Assembly: GCF_000195975.1 (NCBI RefSeq)
Contig: NC_005070.1
Span: forward strand, 720,001-752,000
Direction: 5' to 3'
DNA length: 32,000 nt
Origin: Parasynechococcus marenigrum WH 8102
GTDB lineage: Bacteria > Cyanobacteriota > Cyanobacteriia > PCC-6307 > Cyanobiaceae
Shown here: positions 11,090 through 20,891 of the stretch, one piece after another
Numbering within the stretch: the stretch's first letter is position 1
Layout: each line of letters opens with the position of its first letter
Position numbers and translations under genes: made by a program
Notes under the pieces: model-generated
What the model was told of the DNA's origin: nothing
The model's input: only the letters and a program-made list of their open reading frames with translations
Databases searched by the model: none

Positions 11090-12613
11090 TCAGGGACGAC
11101 GCCAGAGCAGTCCGTCACGGGCCAGCAGGGCATCAGCGGCGGCAGGTCCCCAGGTGCGGGATTCGTAGGGATGGATCGGCAGCTGCCAAGGGCTGTCTTC
11201 GATCAGCTCCAGCAGCGGGGTGTACAGACGCCAGGCCGCTTCCACCTCGTCACTGCGGGTGAACAGGGTCGGATCGCTGAGCATGGCGTCCGCCAGCAGG
11301 CGGACATAGCCCTCATCGGAGGGCTCCCCGAAGGACTCGTCGTAGGAGAACTCCATGTCGATCGGACGGCTGCGCATGCCGGACCCGGGGGATTTCACTT
11401 CGAAGCGGAATTCCGCCCCTTCGTCGGGCTGGATGCGCAGAATCAACTGGTTGGCCGTGGGGCCGCCGGTGGCTGCATCGAAGAGATGCACTGGTGCTTC
11501 GCGGAAGGTGAGCACCACCTCGCTGAGGCGTTTGGCCAGCCGCTTGCCTGTGCGGACGTAGAAGGGGACCCCCTGCCAACGCCAGTTGTCGACGAACAGC
11601 TTCATGGCGACGTAGGTCTCCGTGGTGCTGTTGGGATCGACGCCGGGTTCCTGGCGGTATCCGGCCAGGGGAGCGTCATGGCTGCCGCCGGGGCCGTACT
11701 GACCGCGGATGCAGCAGTTCCATGGCTCCTGCTCGTCAGCCAGTCGTGCCGCTTGCAACACCTTGGCCTTTTCGTTGCGGATCGCCTCCGGGTCAAAGCG
11801 ACCTGGCGGTTCCATGGCTGTGATGGCCAGCATCTGGGTCAGGTGGTTCTGCACCATGTCCCGCAGGGCACCGGAGGTCTCGTAATACCCGGCCCGCTCC
11901 TCGACTCCAACGGTCTCGGCGGCAGTGATCTGAACACTGGAGATGTAGTTCCGGTTCCAGATCGGTTCGAAAATGGTGTTGGCAAAGCGCAGCACCATGA
12001 TGTTCTGGACCGTTTCCTTGCCTAGGTAATGGTCGATCCTGAAGATCTGATTCTCTTGCCCGCAGCTTTTTACAACACGGTTCAGGGCTTGAGCGCTGCC
12101 GTAGTCACGACCGAAAGGCTTCTCGATCACCACGCGGCTGCGTTGAGGATCCTTCAGCAGACCGGCATCCGCTAGCGCGCGACAGCCACTGCCGTAGAAC
12201 TTCGGTGACACCGAGAGATAGAAGGTGCGGTTGCCGCGGGTGGCGCACTGTTGATCAACGGTTTCCAGGCGTTTCCCCAGGCGAACCACATCCTCCGGTT
12301 GCTGCAGATCGACGGGTTCGTAGAACAACTTCGAGACGAACTGATCCCAGGCTTCCTGGTTCTCGGCGATCTTGCTGGCCAGGGCCTCGGCCATTTTTCC
12401 GCGAAACTCGTCGTCGCTCCAGGGCCGGCGGGCGCAGCCGAGAAGGGCGAATTCACTGGGAAGTCGCCTCTGCTTGAACAGTTCGAACAGCGCGGGGACC
12501 AGCTTGCGGTGGGTCAGGTCACCACTGGCGCCGAAAATTACCAGACATTGCGGTGCGATGACCCGTTCCTGTCGGAGACCGACCCGCAGGGGATTGGTGG
12601 CGGTGGCGACCAT
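11090..12613 (-). CDS. zwf: Glucose-6-phosphate 1-dehydrogenase
   Basis: 507-aa ORF with IFGASGDLTHRKL (NADP site) and RIDHYLGKE (active-site motif). Confidence 0.97.
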   Translation of the reverse strand: MVATATNPLRVGLRQERVIAPQCLVIFGASGDLTHRKLVPALFELFKQRRLPSEFALLGCARRPWSDDEFRGKMAEALASKIAENQEAWDQFVSKLFYEPVDLQQPEDVVRLGKRLETVDQQCATRGNRTFYLSVSPKFYGSGCRALADAGLLKDPQRSRVVIEKPFGRDYGSAQALNRVVKSCGQENQIFRIDHYLGKETVQNIMVLRFANTIFEPIWNRNYISSVQITAAETVGVEERAGYYETSGALRDMVQNHLTQMLAITAMEPPGRFDPEAIRNEKAKVLQAARLADEQEPWNCCIRGQYGPGGSHDAPLAGYRQEPGVDPNSTTETYVAMKLFVDNWRWQGVPFYVRTGKRLAKRLSEVVLTFREAPVHLFDAATGGPTANQLILRIQPDEGAEFRFEVKSPGSGMRSRPIDMEFSYDESFGEPSDEGYVRLLADAMLSDPTLFTRSDEVEAAWRLYTPLLELIEDSPWQLPIHPYESRTWGPAAADALLARDGLLWRRP

Positions 12614-12712
12614 CGAGCCTTGGCATCTGAGGACGGTTTAGGCACGGAATGGGAAAACAACAGTGCCCCAGATCAACCGAGCCTGTTTTTTGGCCTGTTT
12701 TGTTGCCAAGCG

Positions 12713-12741
12713 AAAAAAAAGGACTGCCGATGGGCAGTCCT
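12713..12741 (-). terminator. Rho-independent terminator downstream of petH
   Basis: On the minus strand: AGGACTGCC-catc-GGCAGTCCT (perfect 9-bp stem) followed directly by T8. It lies about 30 nt after the petH stop and upstream of zwf. Confidence 0.85.
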
Positions 12742-12772
12742 CGCAGAGCTTGATCAGCTGAGTTGATGCTGA

Positions 12773-13966
<1,194 letters not shown>

Positions 13967-14155
13967 CTATAGAGGTGCTTTTAAAAAAGACTCAATTCAG
14001 TTGCTCTTTGCCACAACGGGCGATGTCGTCTGGACGACTTCCGTAAGATCTGTTCGGACCAGCTCTGTGCACCAGACCCGTTGACTCCACTCCAGGCGCT
14101 GTTTCCAGGTGGGCTTCGCTCCTCCAGTCACCAGAGCGAAACCATCGAGCAGACG

Positions 14156-14623
14156 ATGGAACGTCTGCCAGGCGGAGCGCGGCGTCTTGCGGTTCAGCTG
14201 AAGAGTTCGATCCCCGCTGAGCTGTTCTGGGACGTCCTGACGGATTACGCCCATCTGGCCGATTTCATTCCCAACCTGAGCTCCAGTGAGCTGGTGATGC
14301 GGGATGGAGAGACGGTTCGCCTTCAGCAGGTTGGCAGCCAACAGTTGCTGGGGATGCGTTTTTCGGCGCAGGTGTTGCTTGAACTTCGCGAATTCAAGCC
14401 CGATGGAGTGCTTCGTTTTCAAATGCTGAAGGGAGACTTTCGACGATTTGAAGGTTCATGGCAGGTCAGAACCCTGCCGGAAGGGTCGACCCTCCTTTAC
14501 GAGCTGATGGTGCAGGGGTGTCTGGGAATGCCGATCGGCTTGATCGAAGAGCGTCTTCGCGACGACCTCAGCAGCAATCTCTTCGCGGTGGAGCGGGAAG
14601 CCCTACGACGCTGCAACAACTGA
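14156..14623 (+). CDS. SRPBCC-superfamily protein (polyketide cyclase/dehydrase-like)
   Basis: The track ORF starts at TTG 14081. I prefer ATG 14156 (MERLPGG...). The sequence is typical of a cyclase/dehydrase fold (IPAELFWDVLTDYAHLADFIPNL, FEGSWQV). Confidence 0.72.
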   Translation: MERLPGGARRLAVQLKSSIPAELFWDVLTDYAHLADFIPNLSSSELVMRDGETVRLQQVGSQQLLGMRFSAQVLLELREFKPDGVLRFQMLKGDFRRFEGSWQVRTLPEGSTLLYELMVQGCLGMPIGLIEERLRDDLSSNLFAVEREALRRCNN

Positions 14624-14692
14624 TCACAAGCGATCAGGAATAAAACCCCAGTTCACTCTGATTTTGATCACCGGCGATCGGTGAATCATTAA

Positions 14693-14765
14693 TACCCCCA
14701 AGGGGATTCGAACCCCTGTCGCCTCCGTGAAAGGGAGGTGTCCTAGGCCTCTAGACGATGGGGGC
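14693..14765 (-). tRNA. trnE: tRNA-Glu (anticodon UUC)
   Basis: The reverse complement folds by hand into a cloverleaf: acceptor GCCCCCA/TGGGGGT, D stem GTCT/GGAC, anticodon stem CCTCC/GGAGG with loop CTTTCAC, T arm AGGGG-TTCGAAT-CCCCT, discriminator A. CCA is not encoded. Confidence 0.95.
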
Positions 14766-14812
14766 GAGGCCGTGATCAAGAAGCCGTCTGTGCTCCTCAT
14801 CACCAGAACAAA

Positions 14813-15964
14813 CTACGGCTCGAGCTCTCCCTCCGTCAAGACGGCCTGCCCCCATTCCTGGCCCTGTCCCTGCCATATCGGGACGGTAAAGGTGAAACAC
14901 GCTCCCTCTCCTGGTTCGGAGACGACCCAGATCCGCCCTCCATGCACTTCCACGATGCGGCGGCACACCGATAAGCCCACGCCGAACCCCGTGGTGCGGT
15001 CGGAGGTCTGGGGAAGACGAACCCGATCGAGAAAGATGCGCTGCTGCTCTTCCGTCGGGATGCCAGGCCCGCTGTCGCAGACACTGACTTCAACCCTCTG
15101 GCTGGTGCGGTGGAGCATGGTGAGGGTGATGTGTCCGCCGTTGCCGGTGTATTTCAGAGCGTTCTCCAGCAGATTCAGCAACACCTGACGCATGCGGCGC
15201 TGATCAGCAAAGACCTTGGGCAGGTCGCTCGGGATGTCGGTGCGGATCTCGACGTTTCGTCCAAGCCAGAGTTTTTCGAGTTCGAGGATCACTTCCGCTG
15301 AAACGCTGGCCAGGTCCAGCCGCTGTGGATTGAACAGCGTTTCCCAGCGGGTGGTTCCCACCTCCAGCAGATCCTTGGACAGGGCCTCCATCTCCTCCAA
15401 TCTCCGCGTGATCACGTCCTGGAAGCGGGTCATATCGATCTGTCCCAACCGCTGGCTCTGGAGTGCCAGGGCAGCAGCGGTCAGTGGAGTCCTCAGCTCG
15501 TGGGCCACCATCCGCAGCAGTCGCTCCTGGGCGTGAATCCGGTCGATCAGAGTCTCGTTTTCCTGGCGCAGCACCAGCAGCTGGTCTTCAAGTTGAAGCT
15601 CTTTTTGCGTTCGGCTGCCGTCCAGTTCCGTCGGCCTCAGGCTGAGACCTAAGCCGCTCACCACGCCGTCCTGCTGCCAGCGGGGCACCCATCCCTTCAG
15701 CTGCTGGAGAATGTTGCTGCCGGCGAAGACCTGCTTCGGTGCTGGGGAGAGCTTGATCAGTGCCGGCGTGATCACCAGCCTGTGCAGTTCCAGCAGTTCT
15801 GGCTGCTGCGATGGATCCGCCAACTGCAGTGTCACCTGGAATCCCACGTCATCGCGTTCCAGGTAATGAACGACGGACCTCAGGTCAGGGCCGGAAAGGT
15901 GATGGCGGGCTGCCACCAGCAGGAGTTTCAGCCGCTGGCGACCCTTGGGATCGTCCTCCCCCAC
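14813..15964 (-). CDS. sasA: Circadian-clock output sensor histidine kinase SasA (KaiB-like N-terminal domain + HisKA/HATPase)
   Basis: 383-aa ORF with a GTG start. The N-terminal KaiB/thioredoxin-like segment ([11 protein letters not shown]...VITPALIK) is followed by the H-box HELRTPLTA and ATPase motifs ([24 protein letters not shown]). Confidence 0.92.
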   Translation of the reverse strand: MGEDDPKGRQRLKLLLVAARHHLSGPDLRSVVHYLERDDVGFQVTLQLADPSQQPELLELHRLVITPALIKLSPAPKQVFAGSNILQQLKGWVPRWQQDGVVSGLGLSLRPTELDGSRTQKELQLEDQLLVLRQENETLIDRIHAQERLLRMVAHELRTPLTAAALALQSQRLGQIDMTRFQDVITRRLEEMEALSKDLLEVGTTRWETLFNPQRLDLASVSAEVILELEKLWLGRNVEIRTDIPSDLPKVFADQRRMRQVLLNLLENALKYTGNGGHITLTMLHRTSQRVEVSVCDSGPGIPTEEQQRIFLDRVRLPQTSDRTTGFGVGLSVCRRIVEVHGGRIWVVSEPGEGACFTFTVPIWQGQGQEWGQAVLTEGELEP

Positions 15965-16070
15965 GGCTCAATGATGACGCAAAACTGAGGCTTACCTTAT
16001 GGGTTTTTGACTGGTCCGCCATCCGGGCTAAGACAACTGGAAGCACTCCGACGCCTGGCCGACACGGTTC

Positions 16071-16658
16071 ATGTCGCTCTTTTCCGCGCAAAACCGTGTT
16101 CCACTCACGGTTCCTGGTTCAACCTCCGCGTCACCGTCCATCCAGGTGGACAGCAACCTGCGTCGCTGGTTTGGCCGAAATCTCGGGATCTGGCGCTCCC
16201 GCCGGCAGTACACCTTCAGCGATGAGCAGGTGCTGCATGTGGATATGCACTTGAAGATGGAGGCCTTTTCCGAACCGGCAGCCGGTGAAAGCCGGTATCG
16301 CTTCAGCTGGTGGTCCGATGAAAACAACCAGCACTCCGACGAATTCTTTGCACGCAAACCCTGGTATGAGCGCAGTGGGGTGATGGAAGCCACGCTCTGG
16401 GGGCATCAGTTGCAGCGCAGTCGCGGATACCTCAACACCGATCCCGTGCGCACGCGCCTGCGCCAGGTGGATGAACACGAAACGATCCTGGAGTCTCATT
16501 ACCAGCAATGGGACATCCTTGAGCACATCCGTCTGGTGGACCAGGACCGCTACCGCTACCGCGCCATCTACAGCTGGGAGAACGGAGAGCTGGCGATCGT
16601 TGAACATCACCACGAAATCAGGATGTCTGACCCTCTGCCTCTGATCCAGGAGGACTGA
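16071..16658 (+). CDS. Conserved hypothetical protein, possibly CpcS/CpeS-like (bilin-lyase / lipocalin-fold family)
   Basis: 195-aa ORF. WFGRNLGIWRSRRQY resembles the F..S.G.W.S.R motif at the N-terminus of CpcS/CpeS, and the C-terminal ...HHEIRM resembles the family's C-terminal EIR. An alternative in-frame GTG start at 16146 would place the motif near the N-terminus. The functional call is weak. Confidence 0.6.
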   Translation: MSLFSAQNRVPLTVPGSTSASPSIQVDSNLRRWFGRNLGIWRSRRQYTFSDEQVLHVDMHLKMEAFSEPAAGESRYRFSWWSDENNQHSDEFFARKPWYERSGVMEATLWGHQLQRSRGYLNTDPVRTRLRQVDEHETILESHYQQWDILEHIRLVDQDRYRYRAIYSWENGELAIVEHHHEIRMSDPLPLIQED

Positions 16659-16727
16659 CCGGTCCACACTCGTTTAGTTCCAGCTCAATTTGAGGGACAA
16701 TTTGCTCGTGAAATCATTTTTCGTCCG

Positions 16728-17138
16728 TTGAACCTTCGCCAAAAACTCCTGGGGGCCCTGGCGGTGCAGGCCTTCCTAGCCCCCATCGGCCTTCTTGGTT
16801 CTGCGGCCTCTGCACAGCAGGCCAAACCGGCCACCAATGAAGACATTGCCGTTTATCAGGCGATGGGGACGTCGTTCTTTTGCATGGCTGCCCTGGATGG
16901 TGTGGAGTTCCCCAAAGCACTGGGCATTTCCGCGAGCACCTATGCCCAGGCCCTGAAAGGTCGCCATGAGGGTCAGGTGGCTTCCCTCCAGGGCAAGGCT
17001 CTCACCGATAAGGAAATGTTCGCGGCTGCAGAACAGCAGGTGCTGGTTCGGGCGATGGCTGCCTGTCCGAAGGCCATCCCAGATGACGTTCAGACCAAGG
17101 TCAAGGAAGCCCTGCAAAAACGGCAGGCGGAATCCTGA
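16728..17138 (+). CDS. Hypothetical secreted/periplasmic protein
   Basis: 136-aa ORF with a TTG start and a signal peptide (LLGALAVQAFLAPIGLLGSAASAQQ). A strong intrinsic terminator follows it. Confidence 0.7.
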   Translation: MNLRQKLLGALAVQAFLAPIGLLGSAASAQQAKPATNEDIAVYQAMGTSFFCMAALDGVEFPKALGISASTYAQALKGRHEGQVASLQGKALTDKEMFAAAEQQVLVRAMAACPKAIPDDVQTKVKEALQKRQAES

Positions 17139-17175
17139 GCGGATCGTCCAAAAACCACGTCTGAAGGTTTCTCAG

Positions 17176-17207
17176 GGGCCAGTCGCATTCGGCTGGTCCT
17201 TTTTTTT
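17176..17207 (+). terminator. Rho-independent terminator
   Basis: GGGCCAG-(10-nt loop)-CTGGTCC (7 bp including one G-U pair) followed by T8. The T-run can also pair with the downstream AAAAGGAC. Confidence 0.8.
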
Positions 17208-17254
17208 GAAAAGGACGTTGCGCCAGGATCAGCTCTCAGTCAGCTGCCAGCGCC

Positions 17255-19858
17255 ATGGTTTCCGCCGCTCCTGTCCGCCTTGCGGACTACAGCCCATGGC
17301 CATTCGCACTGCCGGCAATCCATCTGGCTGTCGACATCAGACCGGGCGATGTCCTGGTGACAAGCCGACTGGATCTGGAGCCGAGAGGAGGTGCTGAAGC
17401 TCTTCAGCTCCGTGGGGTGGATCTTGAGATCTGCAGCATCAAGCTGAATGGCGACGATGTTGCCGGTGATGACTACAGCTATAGGGATCAGCTGCTGACC
17501 ATCCACTCACCGCCGAGCAAGCCGTTTGTTCTGGAGACCTGTTGCCGCATTGATCCCTACAACAACAGTTCTCTCGAGGGCTTGTACGTCAGTGGAGGGC
17601 TACTGAGTACCCAATGCGAAGCGGAAGGATTCCGGCGCATCACCTTTCATCCCGATCGCCCTGATGTACTCAGCCGTTGGACGGTGAGGATCGAGGCGTC
17701 ACGTGCCAGCTGCCCCGTGCTGCTGAGCAATGGCAATGCCATCTCCGAGGAGGAGCTGACGGATGGGCGTCATGCCGTGACTTGGAAGGACCCCTTCCCG
17801 AAGCCGTCTTATCTGTTCGCCCTGGTGGCGGGCGAATTGCGCGAAATTCGCGATTTGTACACCACGGCATCAGGTCGTGCGGTCACGCTTCGCTTGCATG
17901 TGGAGGAGGGGGATGAGCCTTACTCCACCCACGCGATGGAGTCGCTGAAGCGTTCCATGGCCTGGGATGAGCAGGTGTATCAGCTCGAATACGACCTCGA
18001 CGAATACAACATCGTCGCGGTGCGCCACTTCAACATGGGCGCGATGGAGAACAAGAGTCTCAATATCTTCAATTCGAAGTTGGTGCTGGCTGATGCCGAA
18101 ACGGCAACGGATGCAGAGTTGGAGCGGATCGAGAGCGTGATCGCCCACGAGTACTTCCACAACTGGAGCGGTAACCGCATCACCTGTCGCGACTGGTTTC
18201 AGCTCTCGTTGAAGGAAGGTCTCACCGTGTTCCGTGATCAGAGTTTCACGGCGGATCTGCACTCTGCAGCCGTGAAACGGATTGAAGATGTGGCGATGCT
18301 GCGCAACACCCAGTTCCGTGAAGATGCCGGCCCGACAGCGCATCCGGTGAAACCTGCTGAATATCAGGCGATCGACAACTTCTATACGACAACGATCTAT
18401 GAAAAAGGGGCGGAATTGATCCGCATGCTGCACACCCTGTTGGGGCAGGAGCGGTTTATGCGCGGTATGGCGACCTATGTGAGCCGTTTTGATGGAACCG
18501 CCGCGACCACAGAGGATTTTGTGCAATCCATCGTCGATGGTGCTGCGCAAGACGGTCAGCCCCTCGGCTTTGATTCGGAGCGGTTCAAGCGTTGGTATCA
18601 CCAGGCTGGAACGCCGGAGCTCACGGTGCAACGGCAGTGGGATGCGGTCAAAGGGGAGTTGACCCTTGAACTGCGTCAGTCCACGCCGCCAACCCCAGGA
18701 CAAACCGAGAAGCAACCCCTGGTGTTGCCAATCGCCGTGGCGCTGGTGGGGGAGAAGGGCCGCATCGGCGAAGAACAGCTGCTGGTGATGGACGGAGATC
18801 AGGCCAGCCTGACGCTCCAGGGTGACCCCGGCAGCGCAGCACCGGCCCTGTCGCTGTTACGCCGTTTCTCGGCACCAGTGAATGTGCAGCTGGAGCAGTC
18901 GCTGCAGGAATCTCTGCAATTGTTGGCCCACGACGATGACCCCTTCAGCCGTTGGGACGCGGGCCAACGGCTGGCCCGCCAGGTGCTGCTGGCCCGCGCC
19001 AGCGGTGAGCCAGACGCGACAGTGGAAGCGGCCTTGATTCAGGCCCTGCGCCAACGGCTGAACGCCTTCGACGGTGGTGGCGGCCAGGACCTGGCGGTCC
19101 TTCTGGCTTTGCCCGGTACCGCGGAACTGGAAGCTCTGCAGAACCCGGTGGATCCCCCGGCTCTGTACGCGGCGCGACGGGAGTGGATCGCGGAGCTGGG
19201 TCGTCAGCTCGCCGATCCGCTGAATCAGCTTCTCGATGTCTGTCGCGGGGAGTGGCCGCAGGCCTGGCCTGCTGGACAGGGCGGGCGTTCGCTGACGGGT
19301 CTGGCTTGGAGTTGGCTGGCGGCCGCAGGAGACGCGGAAGCCCGCAACCAAGCTCTCGAGGCGGTGTCGGGTCCGTCGATGACCCTGGCGCGGGCAGCCC
19401 TGCGGGCCTTACAACCCATGGAGGTGGACGAGCGGGATCTGGCCCTGGATCGCTTCTATCAGCGTTGGCAGGATAAGCCGGTGATCCTCGATGCCTGGTT
19501 TGCCCTGGAGGCATCAGCCCCGAGAACCGACGGATTGCAACGAGTCCAAGCACTGCTGGAACATCCCCGCTTCGACCCACTGGCACCAAACTCCCTGCGT
19601 GCGGTGCTGGGGGGATTCACGGCCAACGTTCCGGTGTTCCACGCCATCGATGGCAGTGGTTATCGCTTCATGGCCGATCAGATCGCTGCGGTGGATCGCC
19701 GCAATCCGATTACGGCTTCGCGCATGGCCAAGGTGTTCAGCCGCTGGAGCAGTTACGGCGTTGATCGACAGTCAGCCATGCGTCAAGCCATCGACCAGTT
19801 GGCAGCTGGTGAGTTGTCTTCCAACACGGCTGAAGTGGTGGCCATGCTCAGGACGTGA
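17255..19858 (+). CDS. pepN: Aminopeptidase N (M1 family)
   Basis: 867-aa ORF with GAMENKSLNIFN and the zinc motif HEYFHNWSGNRITCRDWFQLSLKEG. Confidence 0.97.
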   Translation: MVSAAPVRLADYSPWPFALPAIHLAVDIRPGDVLVTSRLDLEPRGGAEALQLRGVDLEICSIKLNGDDVAGDDYSYRDQLLTIHSPPSKPFVLETCCRIDPYNNSSLEGLYVSGGLLSTQCEAEGFRRITFHPDRPDVLSRWTVRIEASRASCPVLLSNGNAISEEELTDGRHAVTWKDPFPKPSYLFALVAGELREIRDLYTTASGRAVTLRLHVEEGDEPYSTHAMESLKRSMAWDEQVYQLEYDLDEYNIVAVRHFNMGAMENKSLNIFNSKLVLADAETATDAELERIESVIAHEYFHNWSGNRITCRDWFQLSLKEGLTVFRDQSFTADLHSAAVKRIEDVAMLRNTQFREDAGPTAHPVKPAEYQAIDNFYTTTIYEKGAELIRMLHTLLGQERFMRGMATYVSRFDGTAATTEDFVQSIVDGAAQDGQPLGFDSERFKRWYHQAGTPELTVQRQWDAVKGELTLELRQSTPPTPGQTEKQPLVLPIAVALVGEKGRIGEEQLLVMDGDQASLTLQGDPGSAAPALSLLRRFSAPVNVQLEQSLQESLQLLAHDDDPFSRWDAGQRLARQVLLARASGEPDATVEAALIQALRQRLNAFDGGGGQDLAVLLALPGTAELEALQNPVDPPALYAARREWIAELGRQLADPLNQLLDVCRGEWPQAWPAGQGGRSLTGLAWSWLAAAGDAEARNQALEAVSGPSMTLARAALRALQPMEVDERDLALDRFYQRWQDKPVILDAWFALEASAPRTDGLQRVQALLEHPRFDPLAPNSLRAVLGGFTANVPVFHAIDGSGYRFMADQIAAVDRRNPITASRMAKVFSRWSSYGVDRQSAMRQAIDQLAAGELSSNTAEVVAMLRT

Positions 19859-20114
19859 GCACCACCACTGCGATTGCGACACCAATCAACAGCATCAACC
19901 AGAGCAGCCTCTTGCGACCGAGCTGAGAAGCACCATTACGTCGTTGTTGGTTCCTTGGGTTTGGACGACTCCGACTTGGTCGGCTCCCCGCCGCCAGTCC
20001 GCAGGACTGACAGACCAGCCGACCCGCCAGAGCTCGGTCAGCCCTGAAGCGACGACTGCCGCAGTTCTGACAGACACTGGTCACCTTGCAACCAACGGCA
20101 CAGGTCTCCAGCAT
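19848..20114 (-). CDS. Hypothetical zinc-ribbon protein with a C-terminal TM anchor
   Basis: Two CxxC pairs (CQNCG, CQSCG), a basic linker, and a hydrophobic tail LLWLMLLIGVAIAVVVL. The 3' end overlaps pepN by 11 nt. Possible starts are GTG 20129, ATG 20114 and GTG 20084. Confidence 0.45.
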   Translation of the reverse strand: MLETCAVGCKVTSVCQNCGSRRFRADRALAGRLVCQSCGLAAGSRPSRSRPNPRNQQRRNGASQLGRKRLLWLMLLIGVAIAVVVLTS

Positions 20115-20868
20115 GACGCGGCAAAGCACAGTGAGCCAGCAGCAGAGCCTTCAACCGTTGCTGGAACGTCTATCGCCACCACCTTCAGGGTGGCGACGTC
20201 TCGTCATCGTGATGGGGCAGCTGGGCGACTTCGATTCGATGGAATATGCCCAGGCTCTGGTGCCGCGACTGTCGGAACTGGAGCAGGCGGGGATTGCGCT
20301 GCAGGCCATTGCCATTGGTGATCAGTCGGGAGCCGATCGCTTCTGCGGCTTCACAGGGTTTCCGCGTCAAGCTCTCGAAGTGGATAGCAGCTCAGCGCTG
20401 CACGAGGCCCTCGGTCTTTATGCAGGGCTGAAACTCCCCGGCGGTCCCTGGCCAGGATTTCTGCTGATGTGTGCCGGCATAGGTTCTCCGGGGACGTTGC
20501 AGGAAGTGCTGAGGGGCTACACCGGTGATCGTCGGGCGGCGGCGATCTTCGGCGATGACGACATGGTGAAAGCCTGGCCATTACCGGCGTTTCCCGGTGC
20601 CCTGTTCGCCCGTGCCGGCGGGCGGAACTTTCAGCGACCCTTTGAACTCGCCACAAAACGTCTGTGCAATATGGGCGAGGTGCTCAGTCAATGGCGCACC
20701 TATGTGCCTGTGGATGACCACATCGCCCAGCGGGGCGGCACCTTTCTGATCGGTGCGGACGGATCTCTGCTGTATGAGTGGCGGGAGACACACCTGCTCG
20801 GTTTTGCCGACGACATGGCGGTTCCACTGGCCTTTCTTGATCCTTACCTCAGCGACAATCACAGCTAA
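20113..20868 (+). CDS. Peroxiredoxin-like / thioredoxin-fold protein (AhpC-TSA_2, AAED1-like)
   Basis: The track ORF starts at 20086; I prefer ATG 20113 (MTRQS...). The pattern VIVMGQLGDFDSMEYAQAL ... FLIGADGSLLYEW fits the AhpC/TSA_2-type family from memory. The call is moderate. Confidence 0.65.
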   Translation: MTRQSTVSQQQSLQPLLERLSPPPSGWRRLVIVMGQLGDFDSMEYAQALVPRLSELEQAGIALQAIAIGDQSGADRFCGFTGFPRQALEVDSSSALHEALGLYAGLKLPGGPWPGFLLMCAGIGSPGTLQEVLRGYTGDRRAAAIFGDDDMVKAWPLPAFPGALFARAGGRNFQRPFELATKRLCNMGEVLSQWRTYVPVDDHIAQRGGTFLIGADGSLLYEWRETHLLGFADDMAVPLAFLDPYLSDNHS

Positions 20869-20891
20869 ATTGTGGACTTTGTTTGTCGTGG

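Noticed and set aside
9641-12025. Long plus-strand ORFs (9641..10345, 10979..12025 and others) opposite opcA and zwf
   Set aside because: They are antisense to well-supported genes, their composition is dominated by G/R/A/H/Q, and they have no motifs.
13997-14422. 141-aa minus-strand ORF
   Set aside because: It overlaps the SRPBCC gene on the opposite strand. The plus-strand reading has the recognisable cyclase/dehydrase pattern.
14668-14684. Hairpin TCACCG-gcgat-CGGTGA as a terminator for the SRPBCC gene or tRNA-Glu
   Set aside because: It has only a 6-bp stem and no U-tract on either strand, which is too weak to call.
14693-14812. tRNA-Glu as an integration hotspot for a genomic island
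   Set aside because: No integrase, direct repeat of the tRNA 3' end, or compositional shift is visible next to it. sasA follows within 48 nt.
14727-15188. 153-aa plus-strand ORF
   Set aside because: It starts inside the tRNA-Glu gene and runs antisense to sasA, so it is spurious.
17870-18715. 281-aa minus-strand ORF inside pepN
   Set aside because: It is antisense to pepN, which carries the HEXXH-E zinc motif, and is most likely a spurious frame.
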